Below are positions 52,297 to 64,000 of a stretch of 64,000 nt of DNA, piece after piece. Source of the stretch: Mustelus asterias (Eukaryota); NCBI RefSeq assembly GCF_964213995.1, contig NC_135825.1, forward strand, positions 24,118,001 to 24,182,000. The letters are read 5' to 3'. The translations under genes and the position numbers were made by a program. How positions within the stretch are numbered: the stretch's first letter is position 1; the number at the start of each line of letters is the position of its first letter. The notes beneath the pieces were generated by a model that saw only the letters and a program-made list of their open reading frames with translations, ran no database searches and had not been told where the DNA came from.

Positions 52297-53226
52297 GGGG
52301 GGAATTTTACCATTTTGAGTCTAAGTGCCAGATTTGGGCATCAAATAGATCCGCGCCTGGAATCCTCTTTGCAGCGCGCCCATACGCGTTTTGTCGGCTC
52401 CGGTCTGGATCGTGCTGTGGGCGGGGCTTAGCGCTGGTGGACCGATCGGAGCTCTGAACTGCGCATTCGCAGTTTGAAAAAAAACTGACAGCGCACCCGG
52501 GCTCGAAAAAAAAAGCAGAAAGCGGCTCTCTGACATTCATCCTCTGGCCGGGGGAAGGGCGGGTGGGGGGGGGAGGGGAGGGGGTGTGACGTCTCATCCC
52601 CTGGGGTGGGGGGAGGAGAGAGGGTGTGACCAATCATCATGTCCACTCCGGCAGGAGGCATCAGCCGCAGACTGGCAGCCGTTCCCCCCCGACCAGAGGA
52701 TGAGACGTCACACCCCCACCCCCCCACCCCCCCCAGGGGCAGAGATGTCACACCCTCTACCCTCCCACCCCTCCCCTCCCATTGGAGGAGACATCATACC
52801 CCCCTTTCCTCCCACCCCCCCCACCAGAGGATGAGACGTCACACCCCCTCACCTCCTCCCACCAACACCCCCCCCCCCCCCCCCTCTCCCCGACCAGAGG
52901 ATGACCTGGGTCAGAGAGTCGTTGCAGTCTCTGACCCCGCTCTTCGGAGGCTGCAGCGGCGACTTCGGACTTTTATTCGGCAGGTCGATTACAGCGCGGA
53001 CGCAAATCGGGCCAGAAGACGGTAAAGTGGGATTTGGCGGTAGAGTTGGGCACACGGTTCATTAAGCCGATGCATTCATTCGTCGGGCCGCCCGATTCAG
53101 ACCCGCGCCCGAATCGGGTGTCGGTAAAGGTGCGATCTGCTCGGATTCCGGTGCAGATCGTGTTAAAGGCCCGACGCCAAACTTTATCGCAATTTTGCGC
53201 CCGGAAGTTTTGGTAAAATCAGGCCC
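52297..53226. mobile_element. GC-rich non-autonomous TIR element (family of 44821-47078)
   Basis: Termini ggaattttacca / tggtaaaatcaggccc. Shared subterminal sequence gtgggcggggcttagcgct. Confidence 0.75.
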
Positions 53227-56012
53227 ACTACATCAGACAGTCTGCTATCCTAAGAGGTTTGATGAGAAGTGAGATCTTGGATATTACTGTATGCCGCATG
53301 GTCATAACATCAAATAAAGGCCAACAGGTTTAAACATATTAAAATAATAAGAAATTAACCATCAAAAAATATATTTTAGGAAAGTCAGTGTACTACGAAA
53401 CATTTTAGATGGAAATTATTTATCTTGCATGTGACTACAGTGTCAGAATTAAAAAGGTCGTTCATCAGTTGAAGAACTCCAAAGGAAACATTATAGCCAA
53501 GTGATCGAAATAGATTTTAGGTCTTAAAAATGTGGTCACATCCATAAAGAGCCCACATTAAACATTTGCTGGAATCTCATTAAAATGATACTGTGTTCTG
53601 CACAATATTGATGTTGAGAACGTAGTGTATGCTTTGAAACAAACCCCCTGCAGCAGAGCAGAGCAGGGAGAAGATGAGGGGCAATGAATCCCTTTGAGAA
53701 AACCAACTCGTGCGTCAAATACATGGGCCAGGATGGGGGGGGTGCTGGTGGTGATTAACCAGCAATTATTTCTCTCATAGTCTGGACAAATTCTTAAACA
53801 TTTAAACATTTTTTTATACACATTTGTAAGACTTGGGCATCACTGGCTGGCCAGCATTCCTTGCCTATCCCTAGTTGCCCTTGTTCAGACAGCAGTTGAG
53901 AGTCAACCAGAGTGCTATGGGTCTGGAGTCACATGCAGGCCAGACCAGGTAAGGATGGCAGATTTCCTTCCCTAAAGGACATTAGTGAACCAGATGGGTC
54001 TTTCTGACAATTGACAATGGTTTCATGGTCATTAGCAGATTCTTAATTCCAGATTTTAAAAATTGAATTCAAATTTCACAATCTGCCGTGGCGGGAATCG
54101 AACCCGTGTCCCCAGAACATTAGCTGAGTTCTGGATTAATAGTCCAGTGATAATACCAATAGACCATCTTCTCCCCACACAACTTTAAACATCGTTCCCT
54201 ATTATTATATGTAGTTAGAGTAACAATGAATTGTTTCCACCATAGCTATGTAACCAGAGGACACAGATCTAAGGGCAATGGTTTGTAACCAAAGTACCAG
54301 AAATGTTATTCTGCTTAATCCTTCAAATTCAAAGTTATTATTCTGTCAGCTGGCAGGTGAGGATGGGAAGATGTGGGGAAGAGCAGGAGGCGGCAAGCAT
54401 TTTATTTATGCAGCAAGTTATATCCAGAATGCACTGCCTGAATGGGTGGTGGAAGCAGACTCAATTGTAACCTTCAAACAGGAATGGAATGTCTACTTGA
54501 AAAGGAAAACCTTCTGGGCTGATGGGGAAAGAGCAACGGCAGACTAAATGGATAGATTTCTGAAAGAACAAGCACAAGCACAAAGTGGTGAAGGGCTGCT
54601 TTCTGTGCTATTTGGTTCTGTGAAGATATTATTTTTAATGCTAACCTTACATGGAAAGTACTGACTGCAATCCTTACATTGTTGAACATGCACTTTTAGT
54701 CCAGAGTCCAAAAATGTTCAGGTTAGGTGGATTGGCCTTAGTAAATTGCCCTTTAGTGTCTAAAGATGTACAGGTTAGGTGGATTAACCATGGTAAATGC
54801 GCAGGGTTACAGGGATAGGTTGGGTGGAAGGTCCTGGATGGGATGCTGTTTTAGAGAGCCGATGCAGAATTGATGGGCTGAATGGCCTCCTTCTGCACTG
54901 CAGCGCTTTTATGGTTACATGAGTGTCTTACGTTCCATGTGAAGTGTGGTGTTTGCTGTGGTGTTTTGCTCCCTTATGTGAATGGGTGAGCCCTTCTTTC
55001 TCACTCTTAAGGGATGACCAATAAAAGAAGTGGGCAAGGAGGAATGCTGAAAAGTTTCCTGAAGACTCGTTTGCTCTTCAGCTGGCCACCTTGCTCGGTG
55101 CGTTTCCAACCCAGAGCCTTAGTTGGGTTGTTCTATTCCACCTGACGGGACCCGCACGTTTTGATGTGCTTCTCCTGTTAATCACCTTGACGTATGTGCT
55201 ATTAGGAAACTGATGTTACCCCGAGTGAAAAATCAGCTGCTTCTATGCCTCCGCACATTCCTCTAATGAAGTTTGAGTTCTGGCTGTTGCCACTGATCTC
55301 AGAAAATTACATTTATGGGAACTATCCCAAAAACCTCAATATTAACTGGCTCGCAAACAGATCAGATTGATTTTGCATATATTTGATGAGTATTCTGTAA
55401 ATCATCACCTATAATAACACCTTATACTTTTGAAACAGTCCTCAGTGAAACAAACGGCAATGAAGAGAGTGAATCGAATATGCAATTCATGTAATAGATA
55501 TTAGGATCGTTGAACAAATCCTTTTTTTATTATAGTTTTTAGAGCAAGACATAAAATCCATCCAAACAGGAAATTAAAATGGAATAATTTGCTTTAACAA
55601 TATTATAATTTCATTATAGCTGAAAGTTAGATGTTAAAGGAGTAAATTTGCAGTTATCCATTATCCTTTACCTTGTGCAATATTGTGCTATATTTCAGAA
55701 AAAACATTCAACAGCACTTACATATTAATGGTCAATTTAAGACGTACAAGATATTTTGAGAAAAATAGCAAGTCATAATAGAATGAATTATTAAATGTAT
55801 TAGCATTAGTTTGAACTGAATATTAAAAATTGCATTTGTTTCATATGCAGAACATGATTGCTTGCAACGACTCACCTAATAATTCAGAATGAATGTCTGC
55901 AATCTTACTTGTATCCACATGAGTGTTTTGATTACAACCATATTAGCAATATTTAGAGACATGTATTGCAATTTTGCACTCACTGGAGTAAAGTAGGTCG
56001 ATGGAGTTGGCT

Positions 56013-56168
56013 TCATGACACATTGGTTGTCTTTATGACTTTAGCAATGCTGTTCGGATCCTTGCAGATACCAAAGTTGGTGTTTGTTATTGAACCAATG
56101 ATGGATTTATCACCGTTACACCTCAGACCATTTTGACAGGGGCATTTGTAATAGACATTATACAGGAG
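56013..56168 (-). CDS. CLPS: Colipase exon 3 (to stop codon)
   Basis: Acceptor ttctcctttcag, then LLYNVYYKCPCQNGLRCNGDKSIIGSITNTNFGICKDPNSIAKVIKTTNVS*. Contains the YYKCPC and GSITNTNFGIC signatures. Spliced protein is 119 aa with 10 Cys in the mature part. Confidence 0.96.
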   Translation of the reverse strand, partial: LLYNVYYKCPCQNGLRCNGDKSIIGSITNTNFGICKDPNSIAKVIKTTNVS

Positions 56169-56972
56169 CTGAAAGGAGAAACACAGTTTCAATATTTCCT
56201 CAATTGCATAAATAGGCTCAGGAAATCAGTGTTTCTAGGATTGGAGTCATTTACTTTTTTTTTAAGTGAATCTGGGATTGCTGCAGGTCAAGATTGCGTA
56301 ACCATAAATCAAATTTAATCATCATTACAGGCAGTGCAATACCATAATAATAGTTGGATTTGTTTGAACAAGGCAAAGATTGGCAGCAAATCTAATCGTA
56401 TCTTTCACCGTGCCCCCACCCCACTATTGCCAAACCAAAGAATGGAATAGTAGGGAAGTTCTCCCTGGTGTACGGGCAATATTTATCCTGAGTCACCAAA
56501 ACTGGTCTTATCGCATTGCTACTTGTGGGATCTGGCTGTTTGTGAACTGAGAGCCGCACTGTGCACATTGCAACACCTCAAAATACTTAATAGGCTCTAA
56601 AGCACTTGGAAGCATCCTGAGGTTAAGGAAAATACTCCACAAATATAAACCTTCCCTTTTTAAAATTGTGAATTTGGAAGAAACTGATGGAGCAAGATTA
56701 CCAATAAAAAAATGTGCTTTACACAAGAACAGATATGGAATTTTTTACATTTATATAATGCATTATCTGTTATTTGCAGAATGAATGATATTTGGAATAT
56801 CGGGATTATTATAATGAAGGTGAATAGCTTTCTGCTGCAATAATAAGCAGCAAAGAGACCTCGGTAATGCAATGATGCAGCGATCGGAATAAATTTTTCC
56901 ATTTATGTTTGGATCCCACCAATGGCTGATAAAATAACTAAAGTGAAGGTCACTTTAAAATTGAGTACTTAC

Positions 56973-57095
56973 ATGATTTGAGCATTGGTTTCCTTCAGCA
57001 CCTTTATCAAAACACCTTGCAAGACTCAGTCCAGTTTCTCTCTGGCAGCACCGACTCTTGCATTGAAAGCTTCCAACACAGAGCTCTCCAGCATT
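56973..57095 (-). CDS. CLPS: Colipase exon 2
   Basis: Acceptor ttatctttttaaaag, 123 nt in phase 0, NAGELCVGSFQCKSRCCQRETGLSLARCFDKGAEGNQCSNH, donor GTAAGT. Colipase GELC..S.QCKS.CC...GL.LARC pattern. Confidence 0.96.
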
Positions 57096-58274
57096 CTTTT
57101 AAAAAGATAACACACATGTTGTGCATGTTACAATCAAACAGCCAAATTACTTGTGTGGTTATGAAATGCAATTTCCAAAAATGTATCCACCAGATTACTC
57201 GTCATACACAAGGAACAGTACAGCACAGGAACAAGCCCTTCAGCCCACCAAGTCTGTGCCGACACAGATGCCTCTCTATTCTAATACATTCTAACCTCTA
57301 CGTGGTCCATATCCCTCTATTCCCTGCCTATTCATGTATCTATCCAGACGCCTCTTGAACGTTGTTATAGAATCTGCTTCCACCACCTCCTCCAGTGGCA
57401 CGTTCCAGGCATTCACCAACCTGTGTGTGAAAAACTTGCCCCTTCCATCTCTTTTAAATTTTCCCCCTCTCACTTTCAACCTAAGCCCCCGAGTAATTGA
57501 CCCCTCAACCCTGGGGAAAAGACTCTGACTATCCACTCTATCCAAGCCTGTCATAATCTTGTAAACCTCTATCAGGTCCCCCCTCATCCTCTGACGCTCC
57601 AATGAAAACAATCCAAATTTGTTCAACCTTTCTTCATAGTCCATATCCTTCAAACCAGGCAACATCCTGATAAGTCTCTTCTGCACTCTTTCTAATGCAC
57701 CTCTCGTATTTTGAGAATACAGCAAGGAAAATAGACTGGTATTATTAACATGAATGATATGGAAAATTTGCAAGTGAAGATCACTAAAACTATTATACAT
57801 TTTTACAGAGCACATAAGTATCAATCTCTTCTGTAGAACAATCAATCATCCAGCTTTCTTTTGAGTTATTTTACTAAACAGATATGTTGTACTTAGGTCT
57901 TTCACTATATTTTTGGTCAAAGCACAGAGCAGTTCTAAGTTCTGACATGTTGATTTATTAAGTAAAGAGAAAACACCCTTGTTACGACAGGTAAAGATCC
58001 CCTAAACATTTCAGTCAATTTAACGGAGTCTTCCCCCGTTCATTTTCATAACTTGAGTGGAAAGGTCATGGAAGCCTAAACAAAAATGACACTACTTTTC
58101 TAGGATTTCAACTGAGGTTGCAATGGTCAAGCAAAGGAAACTTGCCCCTAAAGCACGGTAATGAGTCAATTATAGCATAGGTAACCTCTCTCAGAGTAAC
58201 CTCACCACTGTTTACTGATATTGCAATGCCTTGTATGCATAGTTGGTGTACGAAATGTTTCCACGTAATCTTAC

Positions 58275-58355
58275 CAGGTTCAGAAACAATCCTTTTTCGG
58301 GAGCTGCTATTCCATATGCAATGCAGCATGCTAGGTAGACCAGTATTACCTTCAT
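58275..58355 (-). CDS. CLPS: Colipase exon 1 (signal peptide, propeptide, start of mature chain)
   Basis: Manual translation MKVILVYLACCIAYGIAAPEKGLFLNL (27 codons), then a GTAAG donor. Matches procolipase N-termini (human MEKILILLLVALSVAYAAPGPRGIIINL). TATA box upstream. Confidence 0.95.
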
Positions 58356-58405
58356 ATTGCACAGTGCTGGACAAGGCTAGTGCAATGAGATAATTCCAAT
58401 TCTTT

Positions 58406-58526
58406 CTTTTATAGGCACTCAATAAGTCACATATGCAAGCTAATCGATAAATTTGACCTTCTTAATTGCTGCAATTATTGCAAAATATGATTCATTGTGT
58501 TTACTGGTCTGGGAATTTGACAGATG
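58406..58526 (-). promoter_or_regulatory. Colipase proximal promoter: TATA box, forkhead motif and PTF1-like composite site
   Basis: Minus strand TATAAAAG at about 58406-58413. CATCTG-tcaaa-TTCCCA (E-box plus TC-box) at 58510-58526. TGTTTAC at about 58498-58504. Confidence 0.65.
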
Positions 58527-58699
58527 TACAGTATGTAAGTTGCTAATCGGTAATGACTGTTCCCCTTTCTTATGTTTATTATACCTTCTCTTAACAGATG
58601 TTCTGTAAAACTTTGCTCACTTATTATGTTTATCTTTCAAACTACATTAGTTGGTGTTATCAGCCCTAAAACCAGGACATTTTTAGATGTGGGAAAGCA

Positions 58700-59405
58700 A
58701 ACATTCTTTTACCTCATTCACGGGGTGTGGGCAGCGCTGGCTGGGTCAACATTTTTGCCCATCCTTTATTGCTCTTAAACTGAGTGATTTGCTGGGCCAT
58801 TTCTGGAGTCACATGTAGGCCAGACCAGGTAAGGACAGCAGATTTTCTTCCCTAAAGGACATTAGCGAACCAGGTGGGGTTTTACATCAATTTTTTAAAA
58901 ATTCTTTTTTGGGACATGGGCGTCGCTGGCTGGCCAACATTTATTGCCCATCCCTAGTTGCCCAAGGACAGCTGAGAGTCAAACACATTGTTGTGGCTCT
59001 GGAGTCACATGTAGGCCAGACTGGGTAAGGGCAGCAGATTTCCTTCCCAAAAGGACATTGGTGAATCAAATGGGTTTTTCCAACAATCAACAATGGTTTC
59101 CTGGTCATCAGTAAATTCTTAATTCCAGATAGTCTTTATTGAATTCAAATTCCACCATCTGCCATGGTGGAATTCGAACTCGGGTCCCCAAAACATTAGC
59201 TGAGTTTTTGGATTAATAGTCTAGCAATAATACCACGAGGCCATCGCCTCAGCATCATCATTAGACTTTTTTAGGTCCAGATTTTTATTGAATTCAAATT
59301 TCACCACCTGTCATGAGATTTAATCCTGGGTCCCCAGAGGATTAATTACTCTGGTTCCCTGGGTTACTAGTCTAGTGACAACACAACTACGCTATCACCT
59401 CCCAT
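58700..59405 (-). mobile_element. Two nested copies of the second SINE family
   Basis: Inner copy at about 58900-59250 lies within a split outer copy. Confidence 0.75.
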
Positions 59406-61739
59406 GTAATTAACAAATATGCCTAATGAGTTACTCACGGTAATATATAATGTAGTTGCAGGATTTTTTTAACAATCAAATCACAATTTGAGGTTACTGA
59501 ATGGGTCAAAAGTTAGCTGCGTTGGTGGGAATGTTGGATAGAATGGGGATAATGATCTCTTTCTGTACTTTAACTTCTATAATCTTCTATAATGAGAAAA
59601 CCAAGCGTCCAGGGATCCCATCAATGATTGTGGTCCATTGGTATTTGCTCAAAAGTGTGCATGTAGGAATATCCATTATGATGGTCTCCATGACCAAACA
59701 GTCTAATGATAATCACTATTCAGGCTCAAAGATAAATGGCGCAAGACAACAAACAAAGATCTAGTGACCTTGGCACAATGTCCAAAATTAGTAAACATCT
59801 TCAGAAAACCATCAAACTGAATTGGCATCAGAATGGTGCAGTGGTTAGTACTGCTACCTCACAGTGCCAGGGACCCACATTCAATTCCGGCCTGAGGTGA
59901 CTGTATGGAGTTTGCACAATCTCCCCGTGTCTGCCTGGGTTTCCTCCAGGTACGCCGGTTTCCTCCCACGGTCCAAAGATGTGCAGGTTACATTGATTGG
60001 CTATGCCAAATTGCCCCTTAGTGTCAGGGAGATTTGCAGGGTAAATACATGGGGTTACACAGATAGGGACTGGGTGGGATTGTTTTTGGTGCAGGCTCGA
60101 TGGGCCAAATGGCCTCTTTCCATGCTGTCTATGATTCTAACCCTAACCCATTCAAAGAATCAGAGTTTAACAGAATAGCTTATTATCCCTCTTGCCCTCC
60201 CCCACTTCCACCCATCCACTTACCAAAATGTTTATCCACTAACAAATATCAATAATCATCCTGTAAAACTTGATTACGTTTGTCATCTTTCCGACAAACT
60301 TGAATTCCAATTCCTACATTTACCTTTATCCCCATCTAACCTTTGAACAAGATTAGTTTATTTACAAGTCTCACATGAGATATTGCTGATAAATGCCTGG
60401 GTCTGTTCAAGAATTAGAAAAACTACACTCCAAAGTTGACTCAACTGCTTGCCTCGTTTTAACGTTGACATTAATAGACATGGCATGTCAGCTGTGGCTC
60501 ACTTGGTAGTACTCTTGCCTCTGAAACACAGGATTCTGGATATAAATCCCACTCCAGGACTTTAGCATATGAATAATTAAGCGTGATATCCAGTGCAACA
60601 CAGAGAACATTTTACTCTCTGAGGTAATGGCCTGAATTTTTCGAATGGTTAAATCATAGATCAGCGAATCCCTACAGTACAGAAGGAAGCCATTTGGCTC
60701 ATTGAGCATGCACCAACTCTCCAGCAGAGCATCTTACCCAGGCCCATTCCCTACATATTTCCCCACTAATTTCCCTAACCTATACCTCTTGGCACACGAA
60801 AGGGCAATTTTGCATGGCCAATCCATGGAAGGAAACCCATGCAGACACGGGGAGAACATGCAAACTCCACACAGTCACCCAAGGCCGGAATTGAACCCGG
60901 GTGCCTGGTGCTGTGAGGCAGCAGTGCTGACCACTGTGCCACCCCAAATCTCTCTTCCAGCCATCCGAAGAGTTGATGGATGTGTGTAAAGTGGCTTCAG
61001 GTAGGACTTCCGCCCTTCACCTCGAGAGGAAGTCCCATCTTAGAAAAGTTGCCAGCCAATCTGATTGGCCATCACTTCTCTAGCCCCTGCAGCGAGGGCA
61101 CTGCAGTGGACAGAAGATGAAATGCAAGAGGACATTCATGCCCAAGTCATGGTACCGGACGCTCAATCAGTTCAAAGGGTCTAAGGGAAGGAGGATCAGG
61201 AAGGCATGGAGGAATGCAAAGGAGGTGACTGGGGTCAAGGGAGAGGCTGGGGGTTGGTGGGGTTTGGGTGTAGGGGAGGAAGGGAAGTCAGGGAGCCACT
61301 GAACCTTAAAGGAGATCTCAAGAAGGGGGCTTCTGATGAAGGCGCCCCCTCCCCTCAACTCGCACCTGAGATGTAACTCTGTTGATTTTTGGCCTTCCCC
61401 CATGTGAGGTCAATCCTCCCGCCAGCCTAACAGTTGAAGCTGGGCAGGAAATGGCCCTTAAATAGCCAGTTATTGGTCCTTCAATTTGACGCTACTCCTC
61501 TGCTTAAAAACACGTCAGTGGGGGAAAGCATAAAATTTTGGCCGATGTCTTTCAGATGAGATATTAAATGAAGGCCTTGTTTGCCTGTTTGGATGAATGT
61601 AAAAGATTTCATTGACAATTGAGAGAAGAGCAGCAAAGTTATCCCCATGTCATGCCCAATATTTATCCATCAATCAGAATTATCGAACATGGATTAAGCA
61701 ATTTGCTGACTTTTTTCACAAAGGGTGAGTATTGCAGTT

Positions 61740-63520
61740 AGGCCAGCATTTATTGCTCATGCTTAATTGCCCTCGAGAAGGTGGTGGTGAGCTGGTTTCT
61801 TGAACCGCTCCAGTCCGTGTGGTGTAGGTGCACCCACACTGCTGTTAGGTCAGGGGTTTCAAGATTTTGACTGAGTGGCACTGAAGGAACAGCAACATAG
61901 TTCGAAGTGAGGATGGTGGGTGTCTTGGAAGGGAACTTGCAGGTGGTGGTGTTCCCATGCTGCCCTTGTACATGTAGAGGTCAATGGTTTGGAAGCTGCT
62001 GTCGAAAGAGCTTTGGTGAGTTGTCATAATGCAACTTTTAGATGGTACACACTTCTGCTGTAGTGCATCAGTGTGGAGGGAATGAACGTTTAAGGTGATG
62101 GGAGGGATGCCAATCAAGCGAGCTGCTTTTTCCTGGATGGTGTTGAGCTTCCCGAGTGTTGTTGGAGCCTCACTCCTCCAGGCAAGTGGAGAGTGTTCCA
62201 TCACATACATGACTTGTACCTTGTAGATGGTGGGCAGACTTTGGGGAGTCAGGAGATGAATTATTCACTACAGAATTCCCAGTCAATGATCTGCTCTTGT
62301 AGCCACAGTAATTATATGGCTGGTCCAGTTCATTTTCAGGTCAACGCTAAAGCCCAGGATGTTGACAGTGGGGGAATTCACTGAAGACAAGCTTGAAGAC
62401 AGCCTCATGACAGTGGAACTGCCTGGAAAAGAGAGACAGGGAAAGGCGATGCCACGGTTTTACATTGGCAGGCTCAGCGAACAGGCCCCGAAGCAGGATG
62501 TGGAATGCTGCTTCAAGGACCGCAGAGAAGTCTTGGAGGTGGATATAAAGAACGGGTATGATGTTGCCAAATTTGATGAACTTCGAGATGCAGATGCTGC
62601 TCTTTATAAGCTGAATGGTAAAGGACTTAAAGGGGAATGAGTAATCGTTGAATGTGCTAGAGGTTCTCAAAGGGATAGTGGTTATACTTCTTGGTGCAGT
62701 GGTTATGGTTATAAATGATCTGGAAGAGACGGATTTGGGCCTTCAAGCAGAAATCATTCCCGTATGATCAGTCTGCAGGCAGAGATTGCTTCCCAGGGGG
62801 AGGGTATGTAGTGTCACCAGGGGCTGGTGCTACTCCTGCCATGCCCTCCCATACTCTTCATTGAACCAGGGTTGATCCCTGGCTGGTTACAAATTGTGGT
62901 TGTACCCAATTCTGCTGCTACTGCTGGCCCACAGTGCCTCAAGTGATGCACAGTTTCGAGTTGTTAGATCTGCTCAGTGGAGGGTATCTTCAATGTGAAG
63001 ACAGAACTTTGCCTCCACATGGACTTTGCGGTGATCACTCTTACTACCATGGACAGATTGATCTGCAAAAGGTAGATTGGTGAGGACAAGGTCATGTAAG
63101 TCTTTACCTTTTGTTGGTACCCTTAATATTGCTGCAGTCACAATGTGGCAGCTATTTATGTCCTTTAGGACTTATCCAGCTCAGTCTGTCATGGTACCAC
63201 TGAGCCACTCTTGGTGATGGATCTAAAGTCCCCCGCCCAGAGTACATTCTGCATCCTTGCCACCTTTTGGTATTCAACATGGAGGGTACTGATTCATCTG
63301 CTAAGTGGAGTGGAGGGGGGCAGGTGGGGAGGAGAGGGGGGGGGGTGGGTGCGGAGGAGATCGATGGCAACCTGCAGGAAGTTTCCTTGTCCATGTTTGA
63401 CACAATGCCATGAGACTTCATGAGATCCAGAGTCGATGTTCAGAACTCCAAGGACAACTCCCTCTTGATTGTCTACCACTGTGTTGTCACCTCTGCTGGG
63501 TCCGTCCTGCCAGTGGGATA
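61740..63520 (-). mobile_element. Decayed CR1-group LINE (family of 21510-21910) interrupted by the SRSF4-like retrocopy
   Basis: MEHSPLAW..APTTL.KLNTIQEKAARLIG..NVHSLH. Same 3' end as 21510-21910. Confidence 0.75.
62449..62769 (+). pseudogene. SRSF4: Processed pseudogene fragment of an SR splicing factor (SRSF4-like; RRM1 plus linker)
   Basis: MPRFYIGRLSEQAPKQDVECCFKDRREVLEVDIKNGY..FDELRDADAALYKLNGKGLKGE*VIVECARGSQRDSGYTSWCSGYGYK*SGRDGFGPSSRNHSRMI aligns to the SRSF4 N-terminus. Two in-frame TGA stops at Arg positions. No introns. Confidence 0.9.
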
Positions 63521-64000
63521 TATATTGACTGCCGCACTTCCTACAGTGACTACAATTCTCAAAGTATTTCATGGTCTGTAAAGCACTTCGAGACATCCGA
63601 TGGTTGCATGAAATGCTATATAAATGCAAATCATTATTTTAAGGATTTGAAACAACACAATAATAACCTCATTGATTCGCTCTCCCTTATTTTTATGCTA
63701 CGTTGCATTTAGCTAGTCCTGTGCACAGCACCACGAAAAATTGTCTGGATTGGCAGTAATATGTGTTTGGCTGCAAAATTACTCAACTCAGGCTATTTAA
63801 ATACTTCCAGCTGCAACTATTTTAACTGATAAGGATTTTTTAAAATATTACTCGTATGTCTAGCCAGGTCAATGTGAAGGAATGAGTTGGCTGGGAACTG
63901 TGCACATTTTATTGTTTGATTTTATAGTTCTATGTCTAAGGGGAGGTGATGACCTAGTGGTATTATTGCTAGACTATTAATCCAGAAACTCAGCTAATAT

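Noticed and set aside
2929-60945. tRNA-like A/B boxes
   Set aside because: All are SINE heads followed by SINE bodies, not tRNA genes.
1-64000. CRISPR arrays or prokaryotic systems
   Set aside because: No repeat-spacer array or operon-like gene density. The sequence is vertebrate genomic DNA.

Overview
Repeat-dense eukaryotic DNA, most likely from a cartilaginous fish (inferred from HE1-type V-SINEs, Deu-domain SINEs, CR1, Rex1, Penelope and Harbinger-type MITEs). Most ORF-track entries are transposon debris or chance ORFs. One intact host gene is readable: a 3-exon colipase (CLPS) on the minus strand at 56013-58355, with a TATA box and a PTF1-like element. Two pseudogenes are readable: an ORA1/V1R-type vomeronasal receptor relic (about 22222-23100, split by a hairpin insertion) and an intronless SRSF4-like retrocopy inside a LINE (62449-62769). 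Most notable mobile DNA: a young gag-only Gypsy LTR element (9089-11039) whose primer-binding position is a perfect 15-nt complement of its own LTR (self-priming candidate), Penelope insertions with minimal hammerhead ribozymes and a 168-bp-arm palindrome, and a ~400-bp multi-template insertion inside a CR1. Family names come from manual recognition, not database searches. Repeat boundaries are approximate unless a TSD or splice site is quoted.
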